Shown here: positions 1 through 7,058 of the stretch, one piece after another
How positions within the stretch are numbered: position 1 is the stretch's first letter
How the letters are laid out: the number at the start of each line of letters is the position of its first letter
Source: an uncultured Holophagae bacterium
GTDB taxonomy: Bacteria; Acidobacteriota; Thermoanaerobaculia; Thermoanaerobaculales; Sulfomarinibacteraceae
Assembly: GCA_963844865.1 (NCBI GenBank)
Contig: CAWJPY010000020.1
Coordinates: 48,298 to 112,297 of the forward strand
Direction: 5' to 3'
DNA length: 64,000 bases
Translations under genes and position numbers: made by a program
The notes under the pieces: model-generated
Seen by the model: the letters and a program-made list of their open reading frames with translations, nothing else
Databases searched by the model: none
Told to the model about the DNA's origin: nothing

Positions 1-50
1 CAGTGATCGGCGACGGCGTCGGCCCGCAGCGTCGGCGGCCGCGCTCCGCC
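1..50. repeat. Z arm (CAGYG/CGGCG-rich low-complexity module), left end of four-helix-bundle cassette 1, cut by window edge
   Basis: cagtgatcggcgacggcgtcggcccgcagcgtcggcgg. It uses the same word set as the Z arms at 6.5, 10.5, 29.2, 53.3, 58.9 and 63.4 kb. Confidence 0.5.
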
Positions 51-61
51 CGCGGCGCGCT

Positions 62-184
62 GATGCTTTCGAGGCCTTCCCCGAGGGTGCCACCGCTGAC
101 ACTGTTTCCGGTCCCCACGCGGCGCACGGCCGGCACGTGTCGCTCCGGAAAAGTGGCACCAGTGGCACGCCCGGGGGACGCGCC
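62..184 (+). repeat. Y element copy 1 (long imperfect hairpin)
   Basis: Arms are TGCCACCGCTGACACTGTTTCCGG (88-111) and CCGGAAAAGTGGCACCAGTGGCA (145-167). The conserved 3' tail is CGCCCGGGGGACGCGCC. Confidence 0.8.
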
Positions 185-214
185 GAGGCGTAGCGCTTCG
201 GGAGCACCAGACAG

Positions 215-227
215 GGTGCCTGGCACC
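215..227. repeat. solo X-type palindrome GGTGCCTGGCACC with leader cgggagcaccagacag
   Basis: Exact 13-bp palindrome. The leader is shared with other X left ends. Confidence 0.8.
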
Positions 228-250
228 CCCTCTGGCCTCCCCAGCGACCT

Positions 251-646
251 TCAGGTGTTGGGGTGGAGGAGGCGCCAGGTCATCGCCCGCACGTGGTCGA
301 AGCCGTCCATGGCGTTCTGTGCTGCGGACGGACTGACGGCTCCTGTCGCGGCGAGGAGCCGCAGGTGGCTGTATCTCTTGCTCCGGGAGCACCAGAGAGG
401 GTGCCAGGCACCGCCGCAAATGAAGCGAAAGGGATTCTCGGACCGTCTTCGACGGTGCCTGGCACCCCCTTTGGCGAACCTCACGCGTCTCAAGTTCGCG
501 GGCACCGAGCTCGCGGAGCGAATCACCTGATCGCCGATCGGTTTGAGCTGCGCCGGCAGCCTCATCACGAGCTTGATCGCAGCGCCCGCCGCTTCGAGCG
601 CCAAGCGATGAGCAGCGAGACCAGTGCTAGGGATCGCGTTGAGCAT
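251..646 (-). pseudogene. four-helix-bundle protein paralog (23S rRNA IVS protein family) whose conserved core is replaced in frame by an X element
   Basis: The ORF aligns to the intact copy at 53435..53788 (LAAHRLALEAA..DQVIRSASSVPANL and HLRLLAATGAV..FDHVRAMTWRLL). The 27-aa segment AEGHGRSGRDRLHHWRIAYASAKEVDT is replaced by 41 aa encoded by the X repeat (..GGARHRRRRSENPFRFICGGAWHPLWCSRS..). Confidence 0.7.
400..466 (+). repeat. X element copy a (subfamily 2), inside four-helix-bundle gene copy 1
   Basis: GGTGCCAGGCACC (400-412), then 41 nt, then GGTGCCTGGCACC (454-466). Confidence 0.85.
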
Positions 647-791
647 GGTCACCTCCGGGTCGTTCATGCCCCCTCTCACAAGCCGGTGGCCGGCCCAGGT
701 CAAGGGTGCGAAGCACCGGGCTCCGAGCCCGGCTTGCCCTTGACCTGGGCCGGCCACCGGCTACGTTCTCAGACGAACGACCCGGAGTGAC
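647..791 (-). promoter_or_regulatory. long fold-back covering the SD and start codon of four-helix-bundle gene copy 1
   Basis: ggtcacctccgggtcgttc (647-665) is the reverse complement of gaacgacccggag-tgacc (775-792). An inner stem pairs ggcccaggtcaaggg with cccttgacctgggcc. Confidence 0.6.
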
Positions 792-1035
792 CATTGCCGC
801 CGCTCACTGCCGCCGCTCACTGCCGCCGCTCACTGCCGCCGCTCACTGCCGCCGCTCACTGCCGCCGCTCACTGCCGCCGCTCACTGCCGCCGCTCACTG
901 CCGCCGCTCACTGCCGCCGCTCACTGCCGCCGCTCACTGCCGCCGCTCACTGCCGCCGCTCACTGCCGCCGCTCACTGCCGCCGCTCACTGCCGCCGCTC
1001 ACTGCCGCCGCTCACTGCCGCCGCTCACTGCCGCT
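792..1035. repeat. 13-bp tandem repeat (CACTGCCGCCGCT), about 18.8 copies
   Basis: Perfect head-to-tail units from 805. The first unit is degenerate (cattgccgccgct) and the last is partial. A unit of 13 is not a multiple of 3. Confidence 0.95.
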
Positions 1036-1085
1036 GAATGCGGATTCGGACGCGGGCACGGACGCGGCCGCGGACGAGCGAGCGC

Positions 1086-2006
1086 TCACTCCGACTCGGC
1101 GCGCTCCGGCCCGCCCTCCAGGAAGGAGCGAATGGCGGCGCTGACGTCGTCGGGGTACTCGGTGATCACCCAGTGGCTGCCATCGGGGATGCGGTGGATC
1201 GTCAGGTCGGGCACGAACTCGGCGAGGCCGTCGAGATTGCCGGGCAGCAGGGCGGTGTCCCCCATGCCCCAGACGACGAGGGTCGGCACGCGGACCCGGT
1301 AGGATCGGGCGGCCAGGAGCTGGTCGGCCAGGGCCGCCGCCAGCTCGCCCTCCGCCTCGTTGCGGGGCGGCGGTGCGGGCATCGCCCGGTAGTAGTTGAG
1401 CGCTCCGGTCAACGCCCCCGGCTGCGACCAGGATTCTATGTAGGCGGCGCGGTCGGCCTCGGTGAGGGCCTCGGGGCGGGTGGAGCCGGAGATGAGGGCG
1501 TCGAGCAACGGCTGGTAGCCGTTCAGGGCCAGCCTCCCCTCGGCGTCGGGCCGGCGCAGGAAGTGCATGTAGGCGCTGGCGTCGCGCTGCGCCTGGGACG
1601 TGGCGAGCTGGCGCAGGAAGACGATGGGGTGGGGGGCGTTCACGATCACCAGGCGGGAGAGGTACTCGGGGTGGGCGAGGGCGAAGGCCCAGGCGACGGC
1701 GCCGCCCCAATCGTGGCCCACCAGAACCGCGGGCGAGCCACCGGCGTAGTGGTCGAGGAGGCCCTTGACGTCGGCCACGAGGTGGCGGGTGGCGTAGGCC
1801 TCCACAGCGGCCGGTTTCTCCGACAGGTTGTAGCCGCGCAGGTCCGAGGCCACCGCCAGGTGGTCGCCGCCGAAGTCCTCGAGCTGGCGGCGCCACAGGT
1901 ACCAGAGCTCGGGGAAGCCGTGCAGAAAGAGTATGGTCGTCCCGGAGCCCCGGCGGACCACGTGCAGCGTGGTGCCGTAGACATCGACGAACTGGTGCTC
2001 GAGCAT
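1086..2006 (-). CDS. alpha/beta hydrolase, epoxide-hydrolase/haloalkane-dehalogenase-like
   Basis: 306-aa ORF with the motifs LHGFPELWYLWRRQ and VGHDWGGAVAW. Confidence 0.8.
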   Translation of the reverse strand: MLEHQFVDVYGTTLHVVRRGSGTTILFLHGFPELWYLWRRQLEDFGGDHLAVASDLRGYNLSEKPAAVEAYATRHLVADVKGLLDHYAGGSPAVLVGHDWGGAVAWAFALAHPEYLSRLVIVNAPHPIVFLRQLATSQAQRDASAYMHFLRRPDAEGRLALNGYQPLLDALISGSTRPEALTEADRAAYIESWSQPGALTGALNYYRAMPAPPPRNEAEGELAAALADQLLAARSYRVRVPTLVVWGMGDTALLPGNLDGLAEFVPDLTIHRIPDGSHWVITEYPDDVSAAIRSFLEGGPERAESE

Positions 2007-2031
2007 CGGCTTGCCTCCCGTGGCGTCGTCG

Positions 2032-2847
2032 TCAGGCGTGCATGCAGATCCCGGCGTAGCCCACGACCGCGGAGACGTCGCCGGAGATCTCGCCCGAGGT
2101 GGCGTAGGCGACGAGGTGGGCGGCGCGGGCGCCGAGACGGTTGGCCGCCTCCAGGGCCGCGGTGGCCGGGATGATCCCGCACATGGTGATGCGCTCGCGG
2201 CGCACGGTCTCGTACAGCTGGCGCGGGTCCCGGGTCAGCGCGGCGTCGATGGCCGCCCGATCACGGCGGCGGGCAGCCTCGTCGGGCTCGTAGTGGGTCA
2301 TGTCCGAGGAGGCGACCACACCCACCGGCTCGCCGAGCCTGGTGATGACCTCGGCCAGCGACGCTCCCAGCGCCAGGCACTCGCCGAGATCCAGGTGGCC
2401 GAGGCACAGGGGCAGGACCCGGAGGTCGGGCTGGCGTCGGAGGAGGAATGGCAGCTGGACTTCGATGGAGTGCTCTCGATGGTGGGCGAGGGCGTCCGGG
2501 CTGGCCTCGGGGACCTCCTCCAAGAGGAGATCGGCCAGCTCGTGGTCCACCGGCACCCTGCCCAGGGGCGTCGCCCATCCGGTATGGGGCGCCACCGCCA
2601 CAGGGGCCCCGAGCCCCGAGTGGTTGGGGCCCAGGACCACCACCCGCCGCGGCACGTCGAGGTGGCGGTACAGCGCGCCCGCCACGCCGCCGGAGTAGAT
2701 GTAGCCGGCGTGGGGGGCGATGCAGGCTAGGAGCTCGTGCCGGTCCCGGGCGACCGGGACCAGCCGTTCCAGCAGGTGCTCCAGGTCTTTCCGAGCGCCG
2801 GGATAGAACGTCCCGGCGACCGCGGTCTGCCGCACCTCCTCGGTCAT
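2032..2847 (-). CDS. amrB: AmmeMemoRadiSam system protein B (Memo-like)
   Basis: 271 aa with AGTFYPG, IAPHAGYIYSG and LGPNHSG motifs. Confidence 0.8.
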   Translation of the reverse strand: MTEEVRQTAVAGTFYPGARKDLEHLLERLVPVARDRHELLACIAPHAGYIYSGGVAGALYRHLDVPRRVVVLGPNHSGLGAPVAVAPHTGWATPLGRVPVDHELADLLLEEVPEASPDALAHHREHSIEVQLPFLLRRQPDLRVLPLCLGHLDLGECLALGASLAEVITRLGEPVGVVASSDMTHYEPDEAARRRDRAAIDAALTRDPRQLYETVRRERITMCGIIPATAALEAANRLGARAAHLVAYATSGEISGDVSAVVGYAGICMHA

Positions 2848-2905
2848 GCTGTCCCTCCCCGGGGTCTGCTGCCACCCTCCAAGCTAGGGTGCCGGCGGGG
2901 CCTGG

Positions 2906-3316
2906 TCAAGTTGGGCCGCCCGCCGCCAGGCGACGCACCAGTTCCGCGTCGGCGGGCGGCATCGGGAAGCTCTCGAGGTCGTCGGGCCGCACCCAGGCCA
3001 TGGCCTGTCCCTCCTGCGGCCGCGGCCGGCCACCGGTGATGGCGGCCGCGAAGAAGAGCAGGCGGATGACGAGCCCGGGCTCGGAGTGGCTGGCTGTCGT
3101 GATCCGCTCTCCCACCTCCACCGCGATGTCGAGCTCCTCCGCCAGCTCCCGCTCGAGGCCCTGGGCGGGCGCCTCGCCGGCTCGCAGCTTGCCGCCGGGG
3201 AACTCCCACAGGCCCGCCATGTGCCGTCCCTCGGGACGCTTGGTCAGTAGGACCTCGCCGCGCTCGTTGCGAATCACGGCCGCCACGACGGTGAATGACC
3301 TGGAAGCGCTTGTCAT
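2906..3316 (-). CDS. NUDIX hydrolase (MutT-like)
   Basis: Nudix box GGKLRAGEAPAQGLERELAEELDI. The start is placed at ATG 3316 (MTSASRSF). The track ORF extends to 3373. Confidence 0.75.
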   Translation of the reverse strand: MTSASRSFTVVAAVIRNERGEVLLTKRPEGRHMAGLWEFPGGKLRAGEAPAQGLERELAEELDIAVEVGERITTASHSEPGLVIRLLFFAAAITGGRPRPQEGQAMAWVRPDDLESFPMPPADAELVRRLAAGGPT

Positions 3317-3446
3317 GCCTCGTGAATCAGGATTGCAGGCCTGAATCCCCTGGCGCTCATTATGTCCGACCATGGTGGTTTCCCGAAGAGTGAGGAGATG
3401 CTTGGGCGTTCGGCCCTCGGCTCCGAAAGATCGAGATCGGTGGCTG

Positions 3447-4979
3447 TCACTCCCGCGACGCAGTGGTGGGAGCGGCCTCCTCCACCGGCGCGGTCTTCGC
3501 CTTCTCGTTCAGGCTGTCGTCGATGCCCGCGATCCGCTTCACCATCTCCTTGCGGCCCTCGATGTCGTACTGGCTGGTGATGGCGATGGACTCCATGATG
3601 GGCGAGCCGCCCCCGTGGTAGTTGCCCACCATGTTGATGCCGCCCGAAGCCGAGCACAGGACGTCGCCCATGTACATCCAGAACTTGGCCGCGTTCTCCG
3701 GGTGGACGTCGGGGTTGCGGGTGATGTACTTGAGGAGCAGGTCCCGGGTCTCGGGGTTGAGGAGGTCGCCCTCGTAGGGGAAGGTGGCCGGCATGCCGCC
3801 CGAGATGTCGGTGAGGATCTCGGCCTCCCGGTACACCGCCTCGCCGGTGAGGCAGCGGCCCACGTTGCAGTAGATGGAGTGGGGGATGTAGCTGCCGGGG
3901 CCGAAGGGCACCGAGCCCATGCCCGGGATGTACACCTCGGGCTTGCCCAGGTCGGAGGCGGTGTAGCCCGCGGCGTAGCCCAGCTCGGAGGTCATGATGA
4001 TCTCGGCCAGCTTGTCGCGGACGTGGGAGGCCTTGGCGATGCCGTTGTACTCCGCCGCCAGGGCCGCCGTGCCCAGCAGGAGGTCGCCGATGGCCGGCTT
4101 GCAGCCGGAGTAGCTGTGGCGGTGGAAGAGGGCGAAGAGCAGGGCCAGGATGCCGCCCATCTGCCACTCCCCGGCCAGGAACACCCGCTCCCACGGGACG
4201 AAGCAGTCCTCGAAGATCATGTACGAGTCGGTGGCGCCGGGCGCGAAGCCGCGCCTGAGCTCCTTGCGGTCCCGCAGGTTGTGCACCGTCACCACCTGCT
4301 TGAGACCGTCCCAGTCGCCGGGGACGGCGAAGGCCACCGCCCAGTCCGCCTCCTCGGGGCGCAGCTGCCGGGTGGGCACCACCAGCACCTCGTCGGCCAC
4401 CGCGGCCTCGGAGATGTGGACTTTGCAGCCGGACACCACGATCCCGTCGGGACGTCGCTCCGTGATGTGCACGTAGGCGTCGGGATCGGGCTGCTCGGCG
4501 GGCCGCAGCATGCGGTGGCCCTTGACGTCTGTCTGGGCGCAGCAGCCCACCAGGTCCTCGCGCTGGAAACGCTCCAGCCACTTCTTGAAGTTGGTGTGGT
4601 ACGAGGTCTTGCCCTGATTCAGGCGGTCCGCCTCGTAGGACACGTTGTAGATGGCGTTGGTGGCGTCGATGCCCATGCAGCGCTGGATGCAGCCGCCCAC
4701 CTTCTGACACAGGAACCGGGTCATGTCCTGCTTCTTGTGCAGGTCCCCCGTGGACTGGTGGATGTGGGTGAAGCGGTTGATCTTCTCCCCCGTGAGGTGG
4801 GAGATCGCCGTGCACAGGCCCTCGTTCGCGGGCTTGAGCGCCTCATCGAAGGTGGTCCCCATCACCTCCAGGCAGGGCTGCATCATGTCGTCGGTGCGGG
4901 ACACCTTGCTCCCGCCCACGTACAGGTTGCGCTTCATCCGACCCAGGCGCTCGATGTACTGCTCCTTGGTCCTCAGCAT
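3447..4979 (-). CDS. abfD: 4-hydroxybutyryl-CoA dehydratase/vinylacetyl-CoA isomerase-like (AbfD family)
   Basis: INRFTHIHQST, CIQRC and HRHSYSGCK match the AbfD [4Fe-4S] ligand motifs as I recall them. ATG 4979 is preceded by GGGGAGG. Confidence 0.75.
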   Translation of the reverse strand: MLRTKEQYIERLGRMKRNLYVGGSKVSRTDDMMQPCLEVMGTTFDEALKPANEGLCTAISHLTGEKINRFTHIHQSTGDLHKKQDMTRFLCQKVGGCIQRCMGIDATNAIYNVSYEADRLNQGKTSYHTNFKKWLERFQREDLVGCCAQTDVKGHRMLRPAEQPDPDAYVHITERRPDGIVVSGCKVHISEAAVADEVLVVPTRQLRPEEADWAVAFAVPGDWDGLKQVVTVHNLRDRKELRRGFAPGATDSYMIFEDCFVPWERVFLAGEWQMGGILALLFALFHRHSYSGCKPAIGDLLLGTAALAAEYNGIAKASHVRDKLAEIIMTSELGYAAGYTASDLGKPEVYIPGMGSVPFGPGSYIPHSIYCNVGRCLTGEAVYREAEILTDISGGMPATFPYEGDLLNPETRDLLLKYITRNPDVHPENAAKFWMYMGDVLCSASGGINMVGNYHGGGSPIMESIAITSQYDIEGRKEMVKRIAGIDDSLNEKAKTAPVEEAAPTTASRE

Positions 4980-5111
4980 GGCTCGACCTCCCCGACGGGA
5001 TCGCAGTAGTGATTCTTGATGATAGGGGAGTGGTCCCACCCTGTCCAGGAGGGAGGCGGCGGCACGTGGGCATGCCCTCGAGCAAGGGGACGAGATCGCG
5101 TGTACGGCGAG

Positions 5112-5380
5112 CTGCGTCGGCGACAGCGGCAGTTCACAGTGGCCGGGACCGGCGTCAGCGGCCAGCGGCAGCGTCGCCGATCAGCGACCGGGGCAGCGAG
5201 CAGCGACCGCGACCGGCGGCGGCCGGCGGCAGCCTCCGCGACGCCCCGCAGTGATTCGCGACCATCTGCACGGGACGCTGTCGCCGGGCGCCGACCGCTG
5301 CCGCTGGACGCTGGCGCTGAACGCTGGCGCTGCCGCGGTCCGGCGGTCCTGTCGCCGCCGCTGACCACCGTCGTCGCCTG
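5112..5380. repeat. Z fold-back: CAGCG-sense arm (about 5112-5215) facing CGCTG-sense arm (about 5274-5380), with no cargo
   Basis: Left arm has cagcggcag..gtcagcggccagcggcagcg..gatcagcgacc..gcagcgagcagcgacc. Right arm has gacgctgtcgcc..ccgctgccgctggacgctggcgctgaacgctggcgctgcc. Confidence 0.6.
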
Positions 5381-5446
5381 CGGAATAGGGGTCGCGGGGC
5401 GGCAGTTGCCAGGGGCAGGCTCGGGCCAGGCAAGGAGTGGAGCCAG

Positions 5447-6514
5447 ATGAGCGGCGGCCGCGACGTCATCGATCGTCCCCAGGGCCCCCGCCCCGGCGAG
5501 GACCTGGACGTGGGGAAGGTGCTGCCCTTCCTCAGACACGCCCTCCCCGACGTGGAGGACGAGGCGGAGGTCCTGCAGTTCCCGGCCGGCTACTCCAACC
5601 TCACCTACCTGCTGCGCGTCGGCGGGCGCGAGCTGGTGCTGCGGCGGCCGCCACCGGGGAGCAAGCCCGCCAGCGGGCACGACATGAAGCGCGAGTACAC
5701 CATCCTGGACGCGCTCCACGGCCACTACCCGTACTGCCCCAAACCCGTCCTCTACGTCGAAGATCCCGAGGCGCTGGGCTGCCCCTTCTACGTCATGGAG
5801 CGCATCAGGGGGATCATCGTGCGCCGCTCGTTCCCGCCCCGGGCCGCGGACCACGAGACGGTCCGCGCGATCTGCGAAGGCCTGGTGGATGCCCTCGCCG
5901 AGCTCCACCTCCTGGACCGGGACGAGGTGGGGCTGTCCGGCCTCGGCCACCCGGAGGGCTACGTGGAGCGCCAGGTGGAGGGGTGGAGCCGGCGCTACCG
6001 TCGGGCACGGACGCCCGACGTGCCCGACTTCGAGGAGGTCATGTCCTGGCTGGCGCGCTGCAGACCGGTGGAGAGCCCGCGCCCGGCCATCATCCACAAC
6101 GACTTCAAGCTGGACAACGTGGTCCTGGATCCTCAGGACCCGCGGCGCCTCATCGGTGTCCTGGACTGGGAGATGGCCACCGTCGGCGATCCTCTCATGG
6201 ACCTGGGCGAGACCCTCTCCTACTGGATCCAGGACGACGACCCCCCCGAGCTGAGGGGCCTCGCCATGACCCCCACCGACGCCCCCGGGGCCCTGCGGCG
6301 GGAGGAGATCATCCAGCGCTATGCGGCGGCCACGGGCTGCGCGGTGGACCACCTCGACTTCTACTACTGCTTCGGTCTTTTCCGGCTCGCCGTGATCTCC
6401 CAGCAGATCTACTACCGCTACTACAAGGGCCAGTCCCACGACCCGCGCTTCGGGATGCTGGGCTACTCGGTGCGCTGCCTGGAGAGCGTCTGCCGCAGCA
6501 TCGTGGACGCGTAG
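5447..6514 (+). CDS. phosphotransferase (APH/choline-kinase-like) family protein
   Basis: 355 aa with catalytic loop IIHNDFKLDNVVL and VLDWEMATVGDPLMDL. Confidence 0.75.
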   Translation: MSGGRDVIDRPQGPRPGEDLDVGKVLPFLRHALPDVEDEAEVLQFPAGYSNLTYLLRVGGRELVLRRPPPGSKPASGHDMKREYTILDALHGHYPYCPKPVLYVEDPEALGCPFYVMERIRGIIVRRSFPPRAADHETVRAICEGLVDALAELHLLDRDEVGLSGLGHPEGYVERQVEGWSRRYRRARTPDVPDFEEVMSWLARCRPVESPRPAIIHNDFKLDNVVLDPQDPRRLIGVLDWEMATVGDPLMDLGETLSYWIQDDDPPELRGLAMTPTDAPGALRREEIIQRYAAATGCAVDHLDFYYCFGLFRLAVISQQIYYRYYKGQSHDPRFGMLGYSVRCLESVCRSIVDA

Positions 6515-6515
6515 C

Positions 6516-6650
6516 GTCGGCGATCAGCGGCCGTGACCGCGAGCAGCGGCAGCGACGGCGATCCGCGACAGCGGACCGTGCCAGCGGCGGCGGAGTGAAC
6601 GGCGTCGGCGACAGCAACCAGCGACCGCGGCAGCGACCGGGACCGCGCCC
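6516..6650. repeat. Z arm (CAGCG sense)
   Basis: gcgatcagcggcc..gagcagcggcagcgacggcg..cgacagcgg..cagcgaccgcggcagcgacc. Confidence 0.6.
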
Positions 6651-6695
6651 GTGATGATCCACGAGAGGCTTCGAGAGCACCAGAGAGGGTGAGAG

Positions 6696-6762
6696 GGTGC
6701 CTGGCACGCCGTCTTGATTCGACAGGACGCGGATCGCTGCATTCGAAAGCGTGCCTGGCACC
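6696..6762 (+). repeat. X element copy b (subfamily 1, slightly degenerate ends)
   Basis: GGTGCCTGGCACg, then ccgtcttgattcgacaggacgc..cattcgaaag, then cGTGCCTGGCACC. Confidence 0.8.
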
Positions 6763-6794
6763 CGCTCTGGCCTATCCGACGCGTAGGCAACGGC

Positions 6795-6923
6795 GACGCG
6801 CCGATTCTTTCGGCGCGTTCCCCGAGGTTGCCACCGCTGACACTTTTCCGGTCCCCACGCGAGGCGCGGCCGGCACGCGTCGCTCCGGAAAAGTGTCACC
6901 AGTGGCACGCCCGAGGGACGCGC
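6795..6923 (+). repeat. Y element copy 2 (reference copy)
   Basis: 5' mini-hairpin GCGCCGAttcttTCGGCGC. Arms are TTGCCACCGCTGACACTTTTCCGG (6828-6851) and CCGGAAAAGTGTCACCAGTGGCA (6885-6907). Tail is CGCCCGAGGGACGCGC. Confidence 0.85.
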
Positions 6924-6960
6924 TGTTCTCTCGACGGCCGCTGCCCCCGTGAGCAGAGAG

Positions 6961-7027
6961 GGTGCCAGGCACCGTCACGATCGAGCCGAGAAGGGTAGAC
7001 GCCGCATCTTCAACGGTGCCTGGCTCC
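6961..7027 (+). repeat. X element copy c (subfamily 2, right end degenerate)
   Basis: GGTGCCAGGCACC, then 41 nt, then GGTGCCTGGCtCC. Leader is gagcagagag. Confidence 0.7.
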
Positions 7028-7058
7028 CACTCTGGCAAACCCGACGCTTCTTCGAGCG

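Noticed and set aside
706-1302. Track ORFs 706..1302 and 794..1144 encoding (AAAHCRRSLPPLT)n, which look like a repeat protein.
   Set aside because: They are the 13-bp tandem array read in rotating frames (3 x 13 = 39 nt, giving a 13-aa period). The region is intergenic, there is no RBS, and the opposite and overlapping frames are equally open.
6795-6923. Y hairpins as integron attC sites (imperfect inverted repeats with conserved unpaired bases and a variable centre).
   Set aside because: The ends do not match the RYYYAAC/GTTRRRY core sites. Copies occur in both orientations between housekeeping genes rather than as a same-orientation cassette array. No intI or attI is visible.
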